A stretch of DNA of 63,940 bases, counting the filler, from an uncultured Methanoregulaceae archaeon (GTDB taxonomy: Archaea > Halobacteriota > Methanomicrobia > Methanomicrobiales > Methanospirillaceae): assembly GCA_964530035.1 (NCBI GenBank). It is 4 parts of 4 records of this genome, joined end to end, with 100 filler letters (N's around TTAATTAATTAA, not from the genome) between each part and the next. Parts side by side here need not be neighbours in the genome. Positions count along the whole stretch, not along the records: positions 41,306 to 61,493 come from CAZGXZ010000025.1; 3 more parts are not named here. One strand, given 5' to 3'. Of the stretch, positions 41,546 to 52,937 are shown one piece after another (positions within the stretch are counted from its first letter, which is position 1; the number at the start of each line of letters is the position of its first letter). The notes beneath the pieces were generated by a model. The model was given only the letters and a program-made list of their open reading frames with translations, was not told the DNA's origin and made no database searches. A program made the position numbers and the translations under genes.

Positions 41546-41794
41546 GTGATGTATACGGTCCACCTTTCCTTAAAGTTAGGGGTGGACTCTACACAATCAC
41601 CTTTTTCCTTTTTTCAGCCCTGCATCCGTGAATGTGCAGGATATGGAAATTCGGTGGACTACTGATACCTTCAAATCCGCTGATTAAGAGCTAATGGAGG
41701 TATCCCTCCACTTCATTATCATGACCCGAAAGGCATATCTCCCGTGAACCTAATCAAAACCATTGTCCACACCCAGTTCCAGGAGATGTTAACC

Positions 41795-42199
41795 ATGGCA
41801 GCGTTGAATGCTGAGATGAAGGAGACCTTTTCGAAGGTCAAGGTCTTTCCGGTCGCCACCGCGTCAAAGGCCGGTGTCCCGAACGTCGCACCGATCGCTT
41901 TTGTGAAACTTGTCGCCGATGACACCATCTGGATCGCCGACAACTACATGAACAAGTCCCACAAGAACCTGGTCGAGAACCCCCTGGTGGCGGTCTACGC
42001 ATGGGATCCTGATGCGAAGAAGTGCTTCCAGATCAAGGGAAAGGCCGAGCTGAAGACAAGCGGCCTTGATTACGATAGGATGGTCGCAATGGTCCATGAG
42101 AAAATGCCCCAGGCCCCTGCGAAGACCCTGATCATCGTGAAGATAACCGATGTCTTCCAGTGTGCCCCAGGCCCAGATGCAGGAAAAAAGCTCATCTGA
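41795..42199 (+). CDS. Pyridoxamine 5'-phosphate oxidase-like FMN-binding protein
   Basis: VATASKAGVPNVAP, IADNYMNKSHKNLVENP, FQIKG, APGPDAGK; AGGAGA SD. Confidence 0.87.
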   Translation: MAALNAEMKETFSKVKVFPVATASKAGVPNVAPIAFVKLVADDTIWIADNYMNKSHKNLVENPLVAVYAWDPDAKKCFQIKGKAELKTSGLDYDRMVAMVHEKMPQAPAKTLIIVKITDVFQCAPGPDAGKKLI

Positions 42200-42489
42200 C
42201 TTGTATTGTTTCTTTTTTATCCCCATTTTTTATCCTCACCTGTTAAGGTGACCCTTAACTTACCTCCTCCAGAATTTGATATCAACTAGATATTCTTCAT
42301 GGAACATTGCCAACTATTCATTAACCATAATCCACTCCAGAGTGCGTAATTTCCAGACCTGAAGTCGGTAGTCGAAAAATCCGCTTTCCGTTTTTTTCGA
42401 CTCTGTTAAAGCGCACATGAACAGGAGTTCAAACCCGAACCATGAAAACCCAATCCAAAATCTCCTTTTTGTGAGGCCATTTTAGCATT

Positions 42490-43107
42490 TTCATAGGAGT
42501 TCTATAGGTGGAATTAGAACTTGTAGAGATCTGTAATAATGGGGTGAATAAAAAGGAAGATAGCGGATTTCGAGGAACCTAAAAATCTCATTTTTATGAA
42601 TAATTCTTCCTTACGTGACACAATTGTCAGCAAATCTGCATGATTGAAGAAACGGGATCTGAAATATTTCAGATCTTTCAGAATATTCCAAGAGCTTGCC
42701 AAATACCAGTAACATCACCTTTCCCGATTTCTTATCCCTAACAACCCTCCAGTGGGGATGTGTCTCCACCCTCCTGAAAAGATACCCCGCCGTCCCCGAA
42801 GGGCGCCCCGGCGGCGGCCTCACGGTCCTTCATGAAGATTTCCAGTTGAAAAAATCTCGCTGAAGAAAAAAAACTACAAAAGCTATACTCCAACCACCCC
42901 GATAAAGGAATGCCAACGGCTTGCCGTGACTATCGTATGCAGGGGGTTTGGGGGGCGGCAGCCCCCCGGTTCACATCTAATACTCTGCCTGTTCAGAGTG
43001 AAAACAAAAAATCGGTTCTGGTAAATTCCATGATTGGAATTACAAATGATTGAGGATCTGTACAATCGGGTGAATAAAAATGGAAGATAGCCGATTTCAA
43101 CCAAATT
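42490..43107. repeat. Dispersed composite repeat copy B: degenerate MITE + ~430-bp body + second MITE (43014-43107) in direct orientation
   Basis: Homologous to copies A and C; the motif GGAATT...GGGTGAATAAAAA.GGAAGATAGC.GATTTC occurs at both ends ~525 bp apart; left boundary approximate. Confidence 0.88.
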
Positions 43108-43345
43108 ATTTTTTCTTTTAGCCACTCCCTGGTTGACTTTCAAGGAGATGGATAGTACCCTTAATAGCAAATACCCTGGATGAGTCGTGGTGAAAGTCTT
43201 TCCAAGAAAAAACACTTTGAAGGAGAAAAGTCCTGGAACATTGGATTAAAAGCCATTATGGGCCCTTACTTCGAAAAGACTGTTGTAATCACTCCAGAAA
43301 ATTTGGAAAATGTCACCCTGGCCCAAGGCTGTTTAGCATCATTGT

Positions 43346-44437
43346 TCAGGAAACCCAGACCTTATCCGCTTTATAAATACCAGTGACGATCCTCCTCGCC
43401 TCATCAGCAAAGGCCTCGAAATCAAACCGCCGTGCCTGCCTGAGGCACTCGTCCCTGTATTTGTCAGGGTCTGCCCCGACCATACGGACCGCATGAATGA
43501 TTTCAGGGAGAATGGGTGATACAAGGAGCCCGGTGTGTCCGTCGATGACCGTTTCCATGTACCCCCCTTCCTTCGCGGCAACTACGGGTTTTCCGGACGC
43601 CATCGCCTCGACCGGCGTCAGGCCGAAGTCCTCGTCGATGGCGGTCGTAATGAACCCCTCGCACCGTGAATAAAGATCAATTAACCGGTCTTCGCCAACA
43701 GGTCCAAGGAAGGTGACATTTGGCGGCGCCGATTCTCTCAGCCATGAGTATGCCGGGTAGACCGGACCGGCAACAATAAGTTTCTTTTCCGGCATCTGTC
43801 TGAACGCCTCGACCTGGAGTTCAACCCGCTTCCACTTATCCACCCTGCCAACTGAAAGCCAGTATCCTTCGGAAGGTTCGTACCGGTACCGGTTCGTATG
43901 CACCGGGGCGTACAGCACCGAGGCATCCCGGAGATAGGTCTTGTAAATCCTGTTGCGGACGTTATGCGAGTTGGCGGCAAAGTTCCGGACGTGTTTCCTG
44001 ACAAAGCGGCGGTCAACAGCCTTGAAAGTGTTCAGAACCCCCCAGTAGAACCACCTGTGCACTCCATGATAGGTTTCAAGCGTCGGGTAATACATGTCAT
44101 AGAAGGCCCGCCGTGGGGACAGGACATAGTAAAGGTGAGGGATGTCGTGGACGAGGTACCGTACAGCCATGTCGTCCATGCAGATAACGAAGTCATACCC
44201 GATATCAAGGTGTTTGAAGAGCCGCATTCCCTCGAACTGCCTCCGAGGCTCGGGAGGAAGCGCCTTTCCCAGGGATATGATCCTGATCTTTCCGGCCGGG
44301 TCGTAGTTACGGATGATTTCAGGGTCGTACCGCGGACATACAATATCCGCATCGAGTGCAGTTGCGAGGTCAAGGATGTGCCGTTCGGCACCTCCAAGGA
44401 CCACGAAGTCATTGCAGGAAAGAACCGCGGTTTTCAT
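43346..44437 (-). CDS. GT4 family glycosyltransferase
   Basis: GGAER, ANSHNV, LSVGRVDKWKR, DEDFGLTPVEAMASGKPVVA. Confidence 0.92.
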   Translation of the reverse strand: MKTAVLSCNDFVVLGGAERHILDLATALDADIVCPRYDPEIIRNYDPAGKIRIISLGKALPPEPRRQFEGMRLFKHLDIGYDFVICMDDMAVRYLVHDIPHLYYVLSPRRAFYDMYYPTLETYHGVHRWFYWGVLNTFKAVDRRFVRKHVRNFAANSHNVRNRIYKTYLRDASVLYAPVHTNRYRYEPSEGYWLSVGRVDKWKRVELQVEAFRQMPEKKLIVAGPVYPAYSWLRESAPPNVTFLGPVGEDRLIDLYSRCEGFITTAIDEDFGLTPVEAMASGKPVVAAKEGGYMETVIDGHTGLLVSPILPEIIHAVRMVGADPDKYRDECLRQARRFDFEAFADEARRIVTGIYKADKVWVS

Positions 44438-44619
44438 GATATGTTTGACTTTATCATAAGACCCGGAAGCCGGGATGCTGTTCGCCAGGGCATGTATGAG
44501 AATAGGTGTGGCTGGTTAATACCCGTTTCCAGAATTTGATTCCTTTTCAGCCCTGTTGAAAATAGGGTGAACATCCATGGAATTGACGTCCAATATCCCT
44601 GGAGGGAAAAAAGATGGTA

Positions 44620-45810
44620 TCAGTTCCCCTTCTTCTTCTGCTGGACAATCCGTGCCTGCATCCCGTAGTACTCCGAGAACCCGATGGCGTGGCACTGGTC
44701 AAGGCAGGTCGAGTCGAACGAGACCAGTTCGTCCGAGTAGATCGCGTCCGGTGACGAACGTCCGAGGACTCGGACTCCTCCCTTATAGAGCTGGACGTCG
44801 ACAGTCCCGTTCACCCGTTCCTGCGTCGTATCGATGAAAGCATTCAGGGCAGAATAGAGCGGCTCGTGGACAAGCCCCATGTAGGCAAGCTCGGACCACT
44901 TGTCGTCCACGGTCCTCTTGAAGGCAAGTTCCTGGCGGGTGAGGACCAGCTGCTCGAGATCCCGATGTGCGGTTAAGAGGACGGTAGCTGCCGGGTGCTC
45001 GTAGATCTCGCGGGCCTTAAGACCAAGGATTCGGTCTTCTATCATATCGTTCCGTCCGATGCCGTGCCTGCCGGCGATTTCATTGAGCTGCTGGATGAGC
45101 GTGTAGCCGTCGATGAACTCTCCGCCGATGGAGACCGGTATACCCTTTTGAAAGGTAACCGTGAGGGTCTCCGGCTCACTGGGGGCTTCCCGGTAGGACT
45201 TCGACCAGAGGTAGATCTCCTCAGGCGGGTGGAACGCCGGGTCTTCGAGTTTGCCGCCCTCAATCGAGCGTGACCAGCAGTTCTCGTCCATGGACCATGG
45301 TTTTTCCTGGGCGACCGGGACAGGGATGCCATGCTCCTTTGCATACCCGATCTCCCACTCCCGGGTGAGGTTCAGCTCCCGGATGGGGGCGACGACTTCG
45401 AGCCCGGCCGAACGGATGACAAAATCAAAACGGAGCTGGTCATTTCCCTTTCCGGTGCAGCCGTGGGCAATCGCCTTGGCCCCCTCTTTGCGGGCGACCT
45501 CGACGACCTTCTCACCGATCAGGGGTCGGGCCAGGGAAGTGCCCATGGGATATCCTTCGTACGACCCGTTCGCCTTGATGGCCCTGAAGATGTAGTCACG
45601 GACAAACTCGTCCCGTGCGTCGATGGTATAATGGATATCGGCGATCTTTCTTCCCTTCTCCTCTGCCGTCCGGATCTCTTCGTCCCTCTGGCCGACATGG
45701 ACCGCGACGGTCACGACCTTGTCATATCCATACCGTTCCTTGAGGAGCGGGATGCAGATTGAAGTATCAAGCCCTCCCGAGTAGGAGAGCACGACGGTTC
45801 CTTTACCCAT
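44620..45810 (-). CDS. argG: Argininosuccinate synthase
   Basis: [46 protein letters not shown]. Confidence 0.97.
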   Translation of the reverse strand: MGKGTVVLSYSGGLDTSICIPLLKERYGYDKVVTVAVHVGQRDEEIRTAEEKGRKIADIHYTIDARDEFVRDYIFRAIKANGSYEGYPMGTSLARPLIGEKVVEVARKEGAKAIAHGCTGKGNDQLRFDFVIRSAGLEVVAPIRELNLTREWEIGYAKEHGIPVPVAQEKPWSMDENCWSRSIEGGKLEDPAFHPPEEIYLWSKSYREAPSEPETLTVTFQKGIPVSIGGEFIDGYTLIQQLNEIAGRHGIGRNDMIEDRILGLKAREIYEHPAATVLLTAHRDLEQLVLTRQELAFKRTVDDKWSELAYMGLVHEPLYSALNAFIDTTQERVNGTVDVQLYKGGVRVLGRSSPDAIYSDELVSFDSTCLDQCHAIGFSEYYGMQARIVQQKKKGN

Positions 45811-46034
45811 GACTTGGATTCACTGACTATACTGGTGGGTGTTCTCCATATTACAGGTTTATGGCGGGATGAAAAGTCAGGTTACGGTTTTCTTCGCAGG
45901 GGCATCTTAAAAACATGAGAAAAAGTCGTATTTTCCTCCGGGATGTCATTAGATCTGGAACAGCGGCCGCCTGTATTGTGATCATTACCCCGAACAGGAA
46001 AGGTGATAATGAGAATATCATCTATTCTTGCTAC

Positions 46035-47435
46035 TTACACACTGCCTCTTTCGAGTCCATTCCTTTCGAGGACAAGGACTCCGCCCTGGTAGAATACCTG
46101 GTGGTAGCGCTCCTTTGCAATATTGACATCAAGCGGCATCTCGTCCCAGGGGTCCGCCCCGGTATGCAGGACGATATAATCCACGCCGTCGCGGTACCCG
46201 AAGTACAGATGTTCCCGTGTTGCGAGATGGGCACCAATGTCGTTCTGTGTTGAAACCGATGCACCCGGCGGGATCTTCTGGATGACCTGGTCGATGATGT
46301 GGTGCTGGTCGGTGGGCGTGGGTATGCCATACGACACCGAGAGCGGTGATGCAGGGTTCACGAGCGTGTTTGCAAGGCTTATCAGGCAGATTGCCACGAG
46401 GATCGCCCCGGTACGGCGGCCGACCGACCGCCACTCCACGCCCTGGAGCCATTTCAGCCCAAATACCGACGAAATAACGATGAACGGGATGAGGATGGCT
46501 GAATAGTGGTAGGCGAACCTGAAATGGGCACGGGAGGAGAACAGGACCTCGGCCCATGCAGGGAGGGAGAGGACAAAGGTCCCGGGAGAAAGCAACGGGA
46601 GAAAACCAAAGGGCAGGAGCATGTTCACGATGTACAACCCTTTTTCAGGCGCTTCCCAGGCGATATTCGCGGTCGTGTTCCCGTAGATCCCGAAATACTG
46701 GTAGACTCCTGCAGTGTTGAAGAAGGGAATGAGGTAGAACACGGATACAGCGGTCCAGATGATGGATAACAATGTCACCCCGATATAGGGGAATGTTTCA
46801 TTCCATCCCTTTCCCCGGTTGAGGTACCACCCGTAGAGCCCGAACATAGCGATGATGAGACTTGCGTCTTCCTTGACCATCAGGCAGAAGAGGCTGCAGA
46901 CGACGAACGCAATGATATTTTTCCTGTGGAGGAAGTAGAATGAAAAAAGGGCGACGAGGGGGAGGAAGGCGACCTCGTGGAAGTCAAAGAAGTTGATACC
47001 ATGAAGTGCCGGGTAAAGGAGGTAGAGTGCAGCAAAAAGGATGGCCTTGTTCCCGTCGAGGACATCTTTCGCCAGGAGGTAGACGGGTATTGCCCCCAGT
47101 CCCAGGAGAAGGCTCTGGGCCACGAGGAGCGTTTCGGTATAAGGAAATACCCCATAGAGCGGCACCAGAAGCAGGAGGACCGGGGAGTTGTGGACACCGA
47201 AATGGCTCATCCCCTCGGCGGTGTTGTTGAGCAGCTGGCCGTGGAGGGTCGTCCACAGGGACTGTTCGAACAGCCCGAGGTCCCAGAACGAGGACTCATA
47301 GGCATAATGCTGGAGGATGGTGAACCAGGACAGGACAATGGTATAAAGGAGGACAAGGCCGCTGACCCCCCAGAGGCCCCGGTCACGGAAGCAGGAACAC
47401 AACCCTGTCCACCAGGCATGATAGGTGTCCTCCAT
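46035..47435 (-). CDS. DUF2079 multi-pass membrane protein (GT-C-like)
   Basis: WDLGLFEQSLW, SHFGVHNSP, FDFHEV, KED, YHYS motifs; many TMs. Confidence 0.8.
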   Translation of the reverse strand: MEDTYHAWWTGLCSCFRDRGLWGVSGLVLLYTIVLSWFTILQHYAYESSFWDLGLFEQSLWTTLHGQLLNNTAEGMSHFGVHNSPVLLLLVPLYGVFPYTETLLVAQSLLLGLGAIPVYLLAKDVLDGNKAILFAALYLLYPALHGINFFDFHEVAFLPLVALFSFYFLHRKNIIAFVVCSLFCLMVKEDASLIIAMFGLYGWYLNRGKGWNETFPYIGVTLLSIIWTAVSVFYLIPFFNTAGVYQYFGIYGNTTANIAWEAPEKGLYIVNMLLPFGFLPLLSPGTFVLSLPAWAEVLFSSRAHFRFAYHYSAILIPFIVISSVFGLKWLQGVEWRSVGRRTGAILVAICLISLANTLVNPASPLSVSYGIPTPTDQHHIIDQVIQKIPPGASVSTQNDIGAHLATREHLYFGYRDGVDYIVLHTGADPWDEMPLDVNIAKERYHQVFYQGGVLVLERNGLERGSV

Positions 47436-47449
47436 GGATTGCCTCCTGT

Positions 47450-50400
47450 TTAAACATCCCCGATATAATGCGACAGCGGCTCGATGGTGATATCAGACCG
47501 CATGATGACCTCTATCGCCTCGGTGGCCGCCGATGCCGCAGGCAGCGTGGTGATATAGGGGATCTGGTAGTCCACCGCGGTCCGCATGATCTGGTAGTGG
47601 TCCTGCCGGGACTGCTTGTCGGTCGGGGTGTTGATAATGAGCTGCAGCTCCCCGTTCCGCATCAGGTCAATGGCGTTCGGGGAGCCCTCCTGGACTTTCC
47701 TGACCAGGTGTGCCGGGACTCCCGCATCAGCGAGGAAGGCGACAGTACCTTCCGTCCCGTAAATATTCAGCCCCAGGTCACGGAGTTTCCTGGCAATAAC
47801 GATGGCTGCGTCCTTTTGTTCGCTGGTGACGGAGAGGAACACATTGCCCTCGGTGGGGAGCTCGTTGTCGGCCGAGATACAGGCCTTGTAATATGCACGC
47901 CCGAAGTCGTAGTCGATCCCCATGACCTCTCCGGTGCTTTTCATCTCGGGAGAGAGCACCGTATCGACCCCGGGCAGCTTGTTGAACGGCAGGAGTACCT
48001 CCTTGACGGCGACATGGCTGATCTTCTTTTCCTCGACCCCGAGATCGGCAAGCGTCCTGCCCATCATGACCTTGGCTGCAATCTTTGCGATCGGGATGCC
48101 CACGGCCTTTGAGACAAAGGGCACGGTCCTGCTGGCCCGCGGGTTCGCCTCAAGGACAAAGACGGTCCCGTCCTTGACGGCGTACTGTATGTTGACCAGG
48201 CCGACGACACCGAGGCCGAGGGCGATCCTGCGGGTGTATTCTTCCACGGTTGCGATCAGGTCGTCTGACAATGACTGGGTCGGTATGACGCATGCCGAGT
48301 CCCCTGAATGGACACCGGCCTCCTCGATATGCTCCATGATGCCGCCGATAAGGACATCCTTTCCGTCACACACGGCATCGACATCCAGTTCGATGGCCTT
48401 CTGGAGGAATGAGTCGATCAGGACAGGATGGTTCCTGGATACCCGGACGGCTTCCTTCATATAGGTCTCGAGCTCGGCGGAGTCGTGAACGATCTCCATC
48501 GCCCTCCCCCCAAGTACGTAGGAAGGCCTGACAAGTACCGGGTACCCGATTCGCTCGGCCATGTCCCGTGCCTCGGCCTCAGAGTAGGCCGAGGAGTTCG
48601 GGGGAGCGGGTATTGCAAGGTTGTCAAGGAGGACGCTGAAGCGGTCACGGTCCTCGGCGATGTCCATCGAGTCAGGACTCGTCCCCATGATTCGCGTGGG
48701 GAGCCCAATCCGCTCCATCTCCTCTTTCAGCGGGACGGCCAGGTTGACCGCGTTCTGACCTCCGAACTGGACCATGACCCCGTCGTACCGGTCCTTCTTC
48801 AGGATATTGACCACGTCCTCAAGCTTCATCGGCTCGAAGAAGAGACGGTCGGATGTATCGAAATCAGTGGAGACGGTTTCAGGGTTGTTGTTGACGATAT
48901 GGACCTCGACTCCGAGTTCACGGAGGGCGGTTACGGCATGGACGGTACAGTAGTCGAACTCTATCCCCTGCCCGATGCGGATGGGGCCCGAACCGAGGAT
49001 GAGGACCTTCTGCTTATCGCTGGAAACGATCTCGCACTCGTCCTCCCAGGTGGAGTAAAAGTAGGGGGTGCTGGCCGGGAACTCGGCTGCACAGGTGTCG
49101 ACCATCTTGAAGGTCGGCGCACCGGTCAACCGGTTCANNNNNNNNNNAGGAAGAACGGGGTGATCTTCGTGAGGGTGTGGACCTCGTCGAGGGACATCCC
49201 CATCCGGAGAGCGGTGAAGAGCGTATGGAACCGTTCGTCAGTCGGACGGCTCAGGATCATCCTGACCTCTGACTCGCTCGTGTGGTTGGTGACATCGGTA
49301 TCAAGTGACCGGAGCGCTTTCTTGAACCCCTCCTCGATACAGCGCCCGATGGCCATCACCTCGCCCGTGCTCTTCATGGCAGTGGTGAGCGTCCGGTCGG
49401 CATTCTTGAACTTGTCGAACGGCCAGCGAGGGACTTTCACCACCACGTAATCGATCGCCGGTTCGAAGGACGCAGGGGTACAACCGGTGACGGTGTTCGT
49501 GATCTCGTCGAGGTGCAGGCCGATGGCGATTTTTGCCGCAACCCTTGCAATCGGATACCCGGTCGCCTTCGAAGCAAGGGCGGATGACCGTGATACTCTT
49601 GGGTTGACCTCGATCACCCGGTAATCCCCGTCCCTGAACGCGAACTGGATATTGCAGCCCCCCTGGACGTTCAGCGCCCGGATGATCTTGAGGGCAGCAT
49701 TCCGGAGGACATGGAACTCGTCGTCCTGGAGTGTCAGGATAGGTGCCACCACGACGCTTTCCCCGGTATGAATCCCCATGGGGTCCACGTTCTCCATCCC
49801 GCAGATGATGATGCAGGTGTCAGCCGGGTCCCGCATGACCTCGAACTCGATCTCCTTCCACCCCGCGACACTTTCCTCGACGAGGACCTGGTGGATACGG
49901 GAACGGGACAGACCAAGTTCAATGATCCGTTTCAGTTCCTCCGGGTTGCCTGCAATACCCCCTCCGGCTCCCCCGAGGGTATAGGCAGGCCTGATAATGG
50001 CAGGGAAACCGACCGTGCTGATTACCTCCCCGATCTGTGCGGTACTGGTGACGATGATACTCTTCGGAACCGGCTCCCCGATTTTGTACATCAGGGCCCG
50101 GAATTTCTCCCTGTCCTCTCCCTGGTAGATTGCTTCGAGCGGTGTCCCGAGGATCTCGACGTCCGCGAGGGCACCCATCTCGGCAAGCTCGGCGGTCATG
50201 TTGAGCCCGGTCTGCCCACCCATGCCGGAAAGGATCCCGTCAGGTTTCTCCTTCTCAATGATCTTCGCGATGATCTCGGAGCGGATCGGCTCGATATAGA
50301 TCCGGTCAGCCATTCCCGGGTCCGTCTGGATGGTTGCAGGGTTCGAGTTGACGAGGACGACCTCGACCCCCTCTTCACGGAGTGCCCTGCAGGCCTGGGA

Positions 50401-50490
50401 CCCTGAAAAATCAAATTCTGCGGCCTGGCCGATCTGGATGGGCCCTGAACCGATGAGGAGGACTTTTTTAATATTGGTTTTTTTCGGCAT
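47450..50490 (-). CDS. carB: Carbamoyl-phosphate synthase large subunit (split by 10-N gap 49138-49147)
   Basis: [63 protein letters not shown]-terminal MGS domain. Confidence 0.95.
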
Positions 50491-50491
50491 G

Positions 50492-51547
50492 TTATGGGAT
50501 CCTCCCGAACATGGAGTCAAAAAAGGGTTTTTCGGTATCGTGAGGCCCGGCATGAGCTTCAGGGTGGAACTGGACACACGTCATGTTCAGGTACCGGTCC
50601 TCGAACCCCTCAACCGACTTGTCATTCAGGTTGAGGTAGGTGACCTGTGCACCTTCGGGAAGGCTTTCAGCATCAACCGCAAATCCATGGTTCTGGGTGG
50701 TGATCGCCACTGAACCGTCCGTGTTCCTGACCGGCTGGTTTGCACCGCGGTGGCCGAACTTCATTTTATAAGTATGTCCTCCCAGGGCAAGGGCACTGAT
50801 CTGTATACCCATGCAGATCCCGAATACGGGGATCTGGCCAGCGAGGGCACTCACCGTCCTGACCGCTTCAACCGCCCGTTCAGGGTCTCCAGGCCCGTTG
50901 CTGATGAATAGGGCCTCAGGCCTGTGGGCCAGTATCTCATCCGCCCGGGTGTTGTGGGGATAGACCCGTACATCGGCACCCCGTGACAGGAGGCTGAGGA
51001 CGATGTTTTTCTTGATACCGAGGTCGATGACCGCGACTTTTTTCCCTTTTCCAGGGATATGGTAGGCCTCGTTGCAGGAAACGGTCGGGATAAGGTCCTC
51101 GGTAGAGATGTCAGGGGCTGCGCGTGCAAGGCGGATCGCCTCCTCGCGGTCATCGCTCCCGGTGACGAGGGCAGCCCTCAGAGTCCCGTGTTCGCGGGTC
51201 TTGATGGTCAGCTTCCGGGTATCCACTCCTGTCATCCCGGGAATGCCCTCGGATTCGAAGAATGAAGCAATATCCGGCTGCACTGTCGGCCGGCTGCAGA
51301 GCTCCCGGGTTATGCACCCGCCTGCCCACACCCGCCGTGCCTGGAAGTTCATCCTGTCGACGCCGTAATTGCCTATCAGGGGAAAGGTAAACATCAGTAT
51401 CTGGCCGTGGTAGCTCGGATCGGTCAGTGCCTCCATGTACCCGGTCATCTGGGTCGAGAAGACCAGTTCTCCGACAGACGTCCCTTCCGCTCCAAAACCC
51501 GTGCCGACCACTGAAGTTCCGTCTTCCAGACCCAGTACCGCCTTCAT
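50492..51547 (-). CDS. carA: Carbamoyl-phosphate synthase small subunit
   Basis: [53 protein letters not shown]. Confidence 0.96.
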   Translation of the reverse strand: MKAVLGLEDGTSVVGTGFGAEGTSVGELVFSTQMTGYMEALTDPSYHGQILMFTFPLIGNYGVDRMNFQARRVWAGGCITRELCSRPTVQPDIASFFESEGIPGMTGVDTRKLTIKTREHGTLRAALVTGSDDREEAIRLARAAPDISTEDLIPTVSCNEAYHIPGKGKKVAVIDLGIKKNIVLSLLSRGADVRVYPHNTRADEILAHRPEALFISNGPGDPERAVEAVRTVSALAGQIPVFGICMGIQISALALGGHTYKMKFGHRGANQPVRNTDGSVAITTQNHGFAVDAESLPEGAQVTYLNLNDKSVEGFEDRYLNMTCVQFHPEAHAGPHDTEKPFFDSMFGRIP

Positions 51548-51877
51548 GATGTCCAATACTGATGGGTGATAAACCGTAATAACGGTAATGGGATGAGGGT
51601 AAAACTGCTGAAGAATGCAATAATCGGCACAGAGCAGTTTCCTGTATGTATTGCAGACCGGGTATGAAGGGGTTATGATACACCGAACCATGAATGTCCT
51701 TATACAATTATCCTCAGCGGCCGGGAAACACGTCCCCACTGCGGATTATCCGGACTCCTGGAACCAGTTATCCCCTGAACCGTCAGTAACGTTTCCCAAA
51801 TTAAAGGATCAAGGAAAATCAGTGCTGAATTTGGTTTTCCCCAAAGTATAAACCTGAAAAAAAGAAACGGATATGGC

Positions 51878-52423
51878 ATGGGTGCTCCGCGAAAGGTATT
51901 CTTCACCAAAGGATTGGGGATGCACAAGGACCGGCTTGCCTCATTCGAGCTGGCCCTCAGACAGGCAGGTATCGAGAAGTATAACCTCGTTTACGTGTCA
52001 AGCATCCTTCCACCGAATATTTTACGGGTGTCCGTGGAGGAAGGTATTGGCGAGTTGCAGGCAGGTGAAATCGTCCACTGCGTGATGGCCAAGATAGATA
52101 CCAACGAGCCCAACCGCCAGATATCCGCGGCAATCGGCATCGCGGTCCCAAAAGAACAGGACGCGTACGGATACCTTTCCGAACACCACGCCTATGGTGA
52201 AACCCAGGATATCTCGGGAGAATACGCTGAAGACCTGGCTGCCACTATGCTTGCAACAACCCTTGGGATAGAGTTCGACCTGAACGCAGCATGGCAGGAG
52301 CGCGAGCAGATCTACAAGGCGAGCGGCAAGATCATTACGACCACGAATACCTGCCAGTCAGCAGCGGGTGACCCTGGCGGAAAATGGACTACTGCGATCG
52401 CTGCAGCCGTTTTCATTGATTAA
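51878..52423 (+). CDS. pdaD: Pyruvoyl-dependent arginine decarboxylase
   Basis: [25 protein letters not shown] (SS cleavage site), [20 protein letters not shown]. Confidence 0.92.
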   Translation: MGAPRKVFFTKGLGMHKDRLASFELALRQAGIEKYNLVYVSSILPPNILRVSVEEGIGELQAGEIVHCVMAKIDTNEPNRQISAAIGIAVPKEQDAYGYLSEHHAYGETQDISGEYAEDLAATMLATTLGIEFDLNAAWQEREQIYKASGKIITTTNTCQSAAGDPGGKWTTAIAAAVFID

Positions 52424-52440
52424 TGCGGCTCATTATAACC

Positions 52441-52811
52441 ATCTTTTTTGGTTTTCACCTTTAACAGGCAGAGGATGAGATGGATGAGAACCGGGGGGCT
52501 GCTGCCCCCCTTTGCATACGATAGTCATGGCAAGCCGTTGGCGATTCCGTCATCAGGGTTGCTTATGGCAGAATTTTTGTAGATTTTCGTCTTCAGTGAG
52601 CTATTTTTTGGTTCGAAATTATTTTATGAAGAGCTGTGAGACCGCCACCGGGGCGCCCTTCGGGGGCGGCGTGGTATCTTTTCCAGGGGTGTGGGGGAAC
52701 ATCCCTATTGAAGGGTTGATCCTCCTGGTATTCGGCAAGGTCTGGAAACATCCTGAAAGGTCTGAAAAATTTTAGATTTCGGTTTTTCAACCATGCAGAT
52801 TACCTGACGAT
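52441..52811. repeat. Dispersed repeat copy C (body only, inverted relative to A and B)
   Basis: Reverse complement aligns with ~42620-43013, incl. TGCATACGATAGTCA.GGCAAGCCGTTGGC, GGGGGGCTGC.GCCCCCC and GGGGCGCCCTTCGGGG. Confidence 0.9.
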
Positions 52812-52937
52812 GAGGTATTGTACACATTATGCGTTAATTTCAGGAAAATTGTCCCGTAGCAAGGATGTTGGGAATATCTCCATTCCTCCTTACCGTCACT
52901 GGATACCCACGAGCTTCAATGTAAGGGTTGAATTCCG

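Noticed and set aside
42399..42500. Extra MITE starting GACTCTGTTAAAGC
   Set aside because: Only a partial TIR resemblance, with an unrelated interior and no convincing partner end
42514..43386. Short ORFs in the repeat copies (e.g. MRPPPGRPSGTAGY..., also 40850-41253 and 52512-52790)
   Set aside because: Frames and lengths are not conserved between copies; spurious translations of the non-coding repeat
49130..49150. Apparent split or frameshifted carB
   Set aside because: The break coincides with a 10-N gap, and the halves appear to lack a stretch of the oligomerisation domain; assembly gap, not a pseudogene
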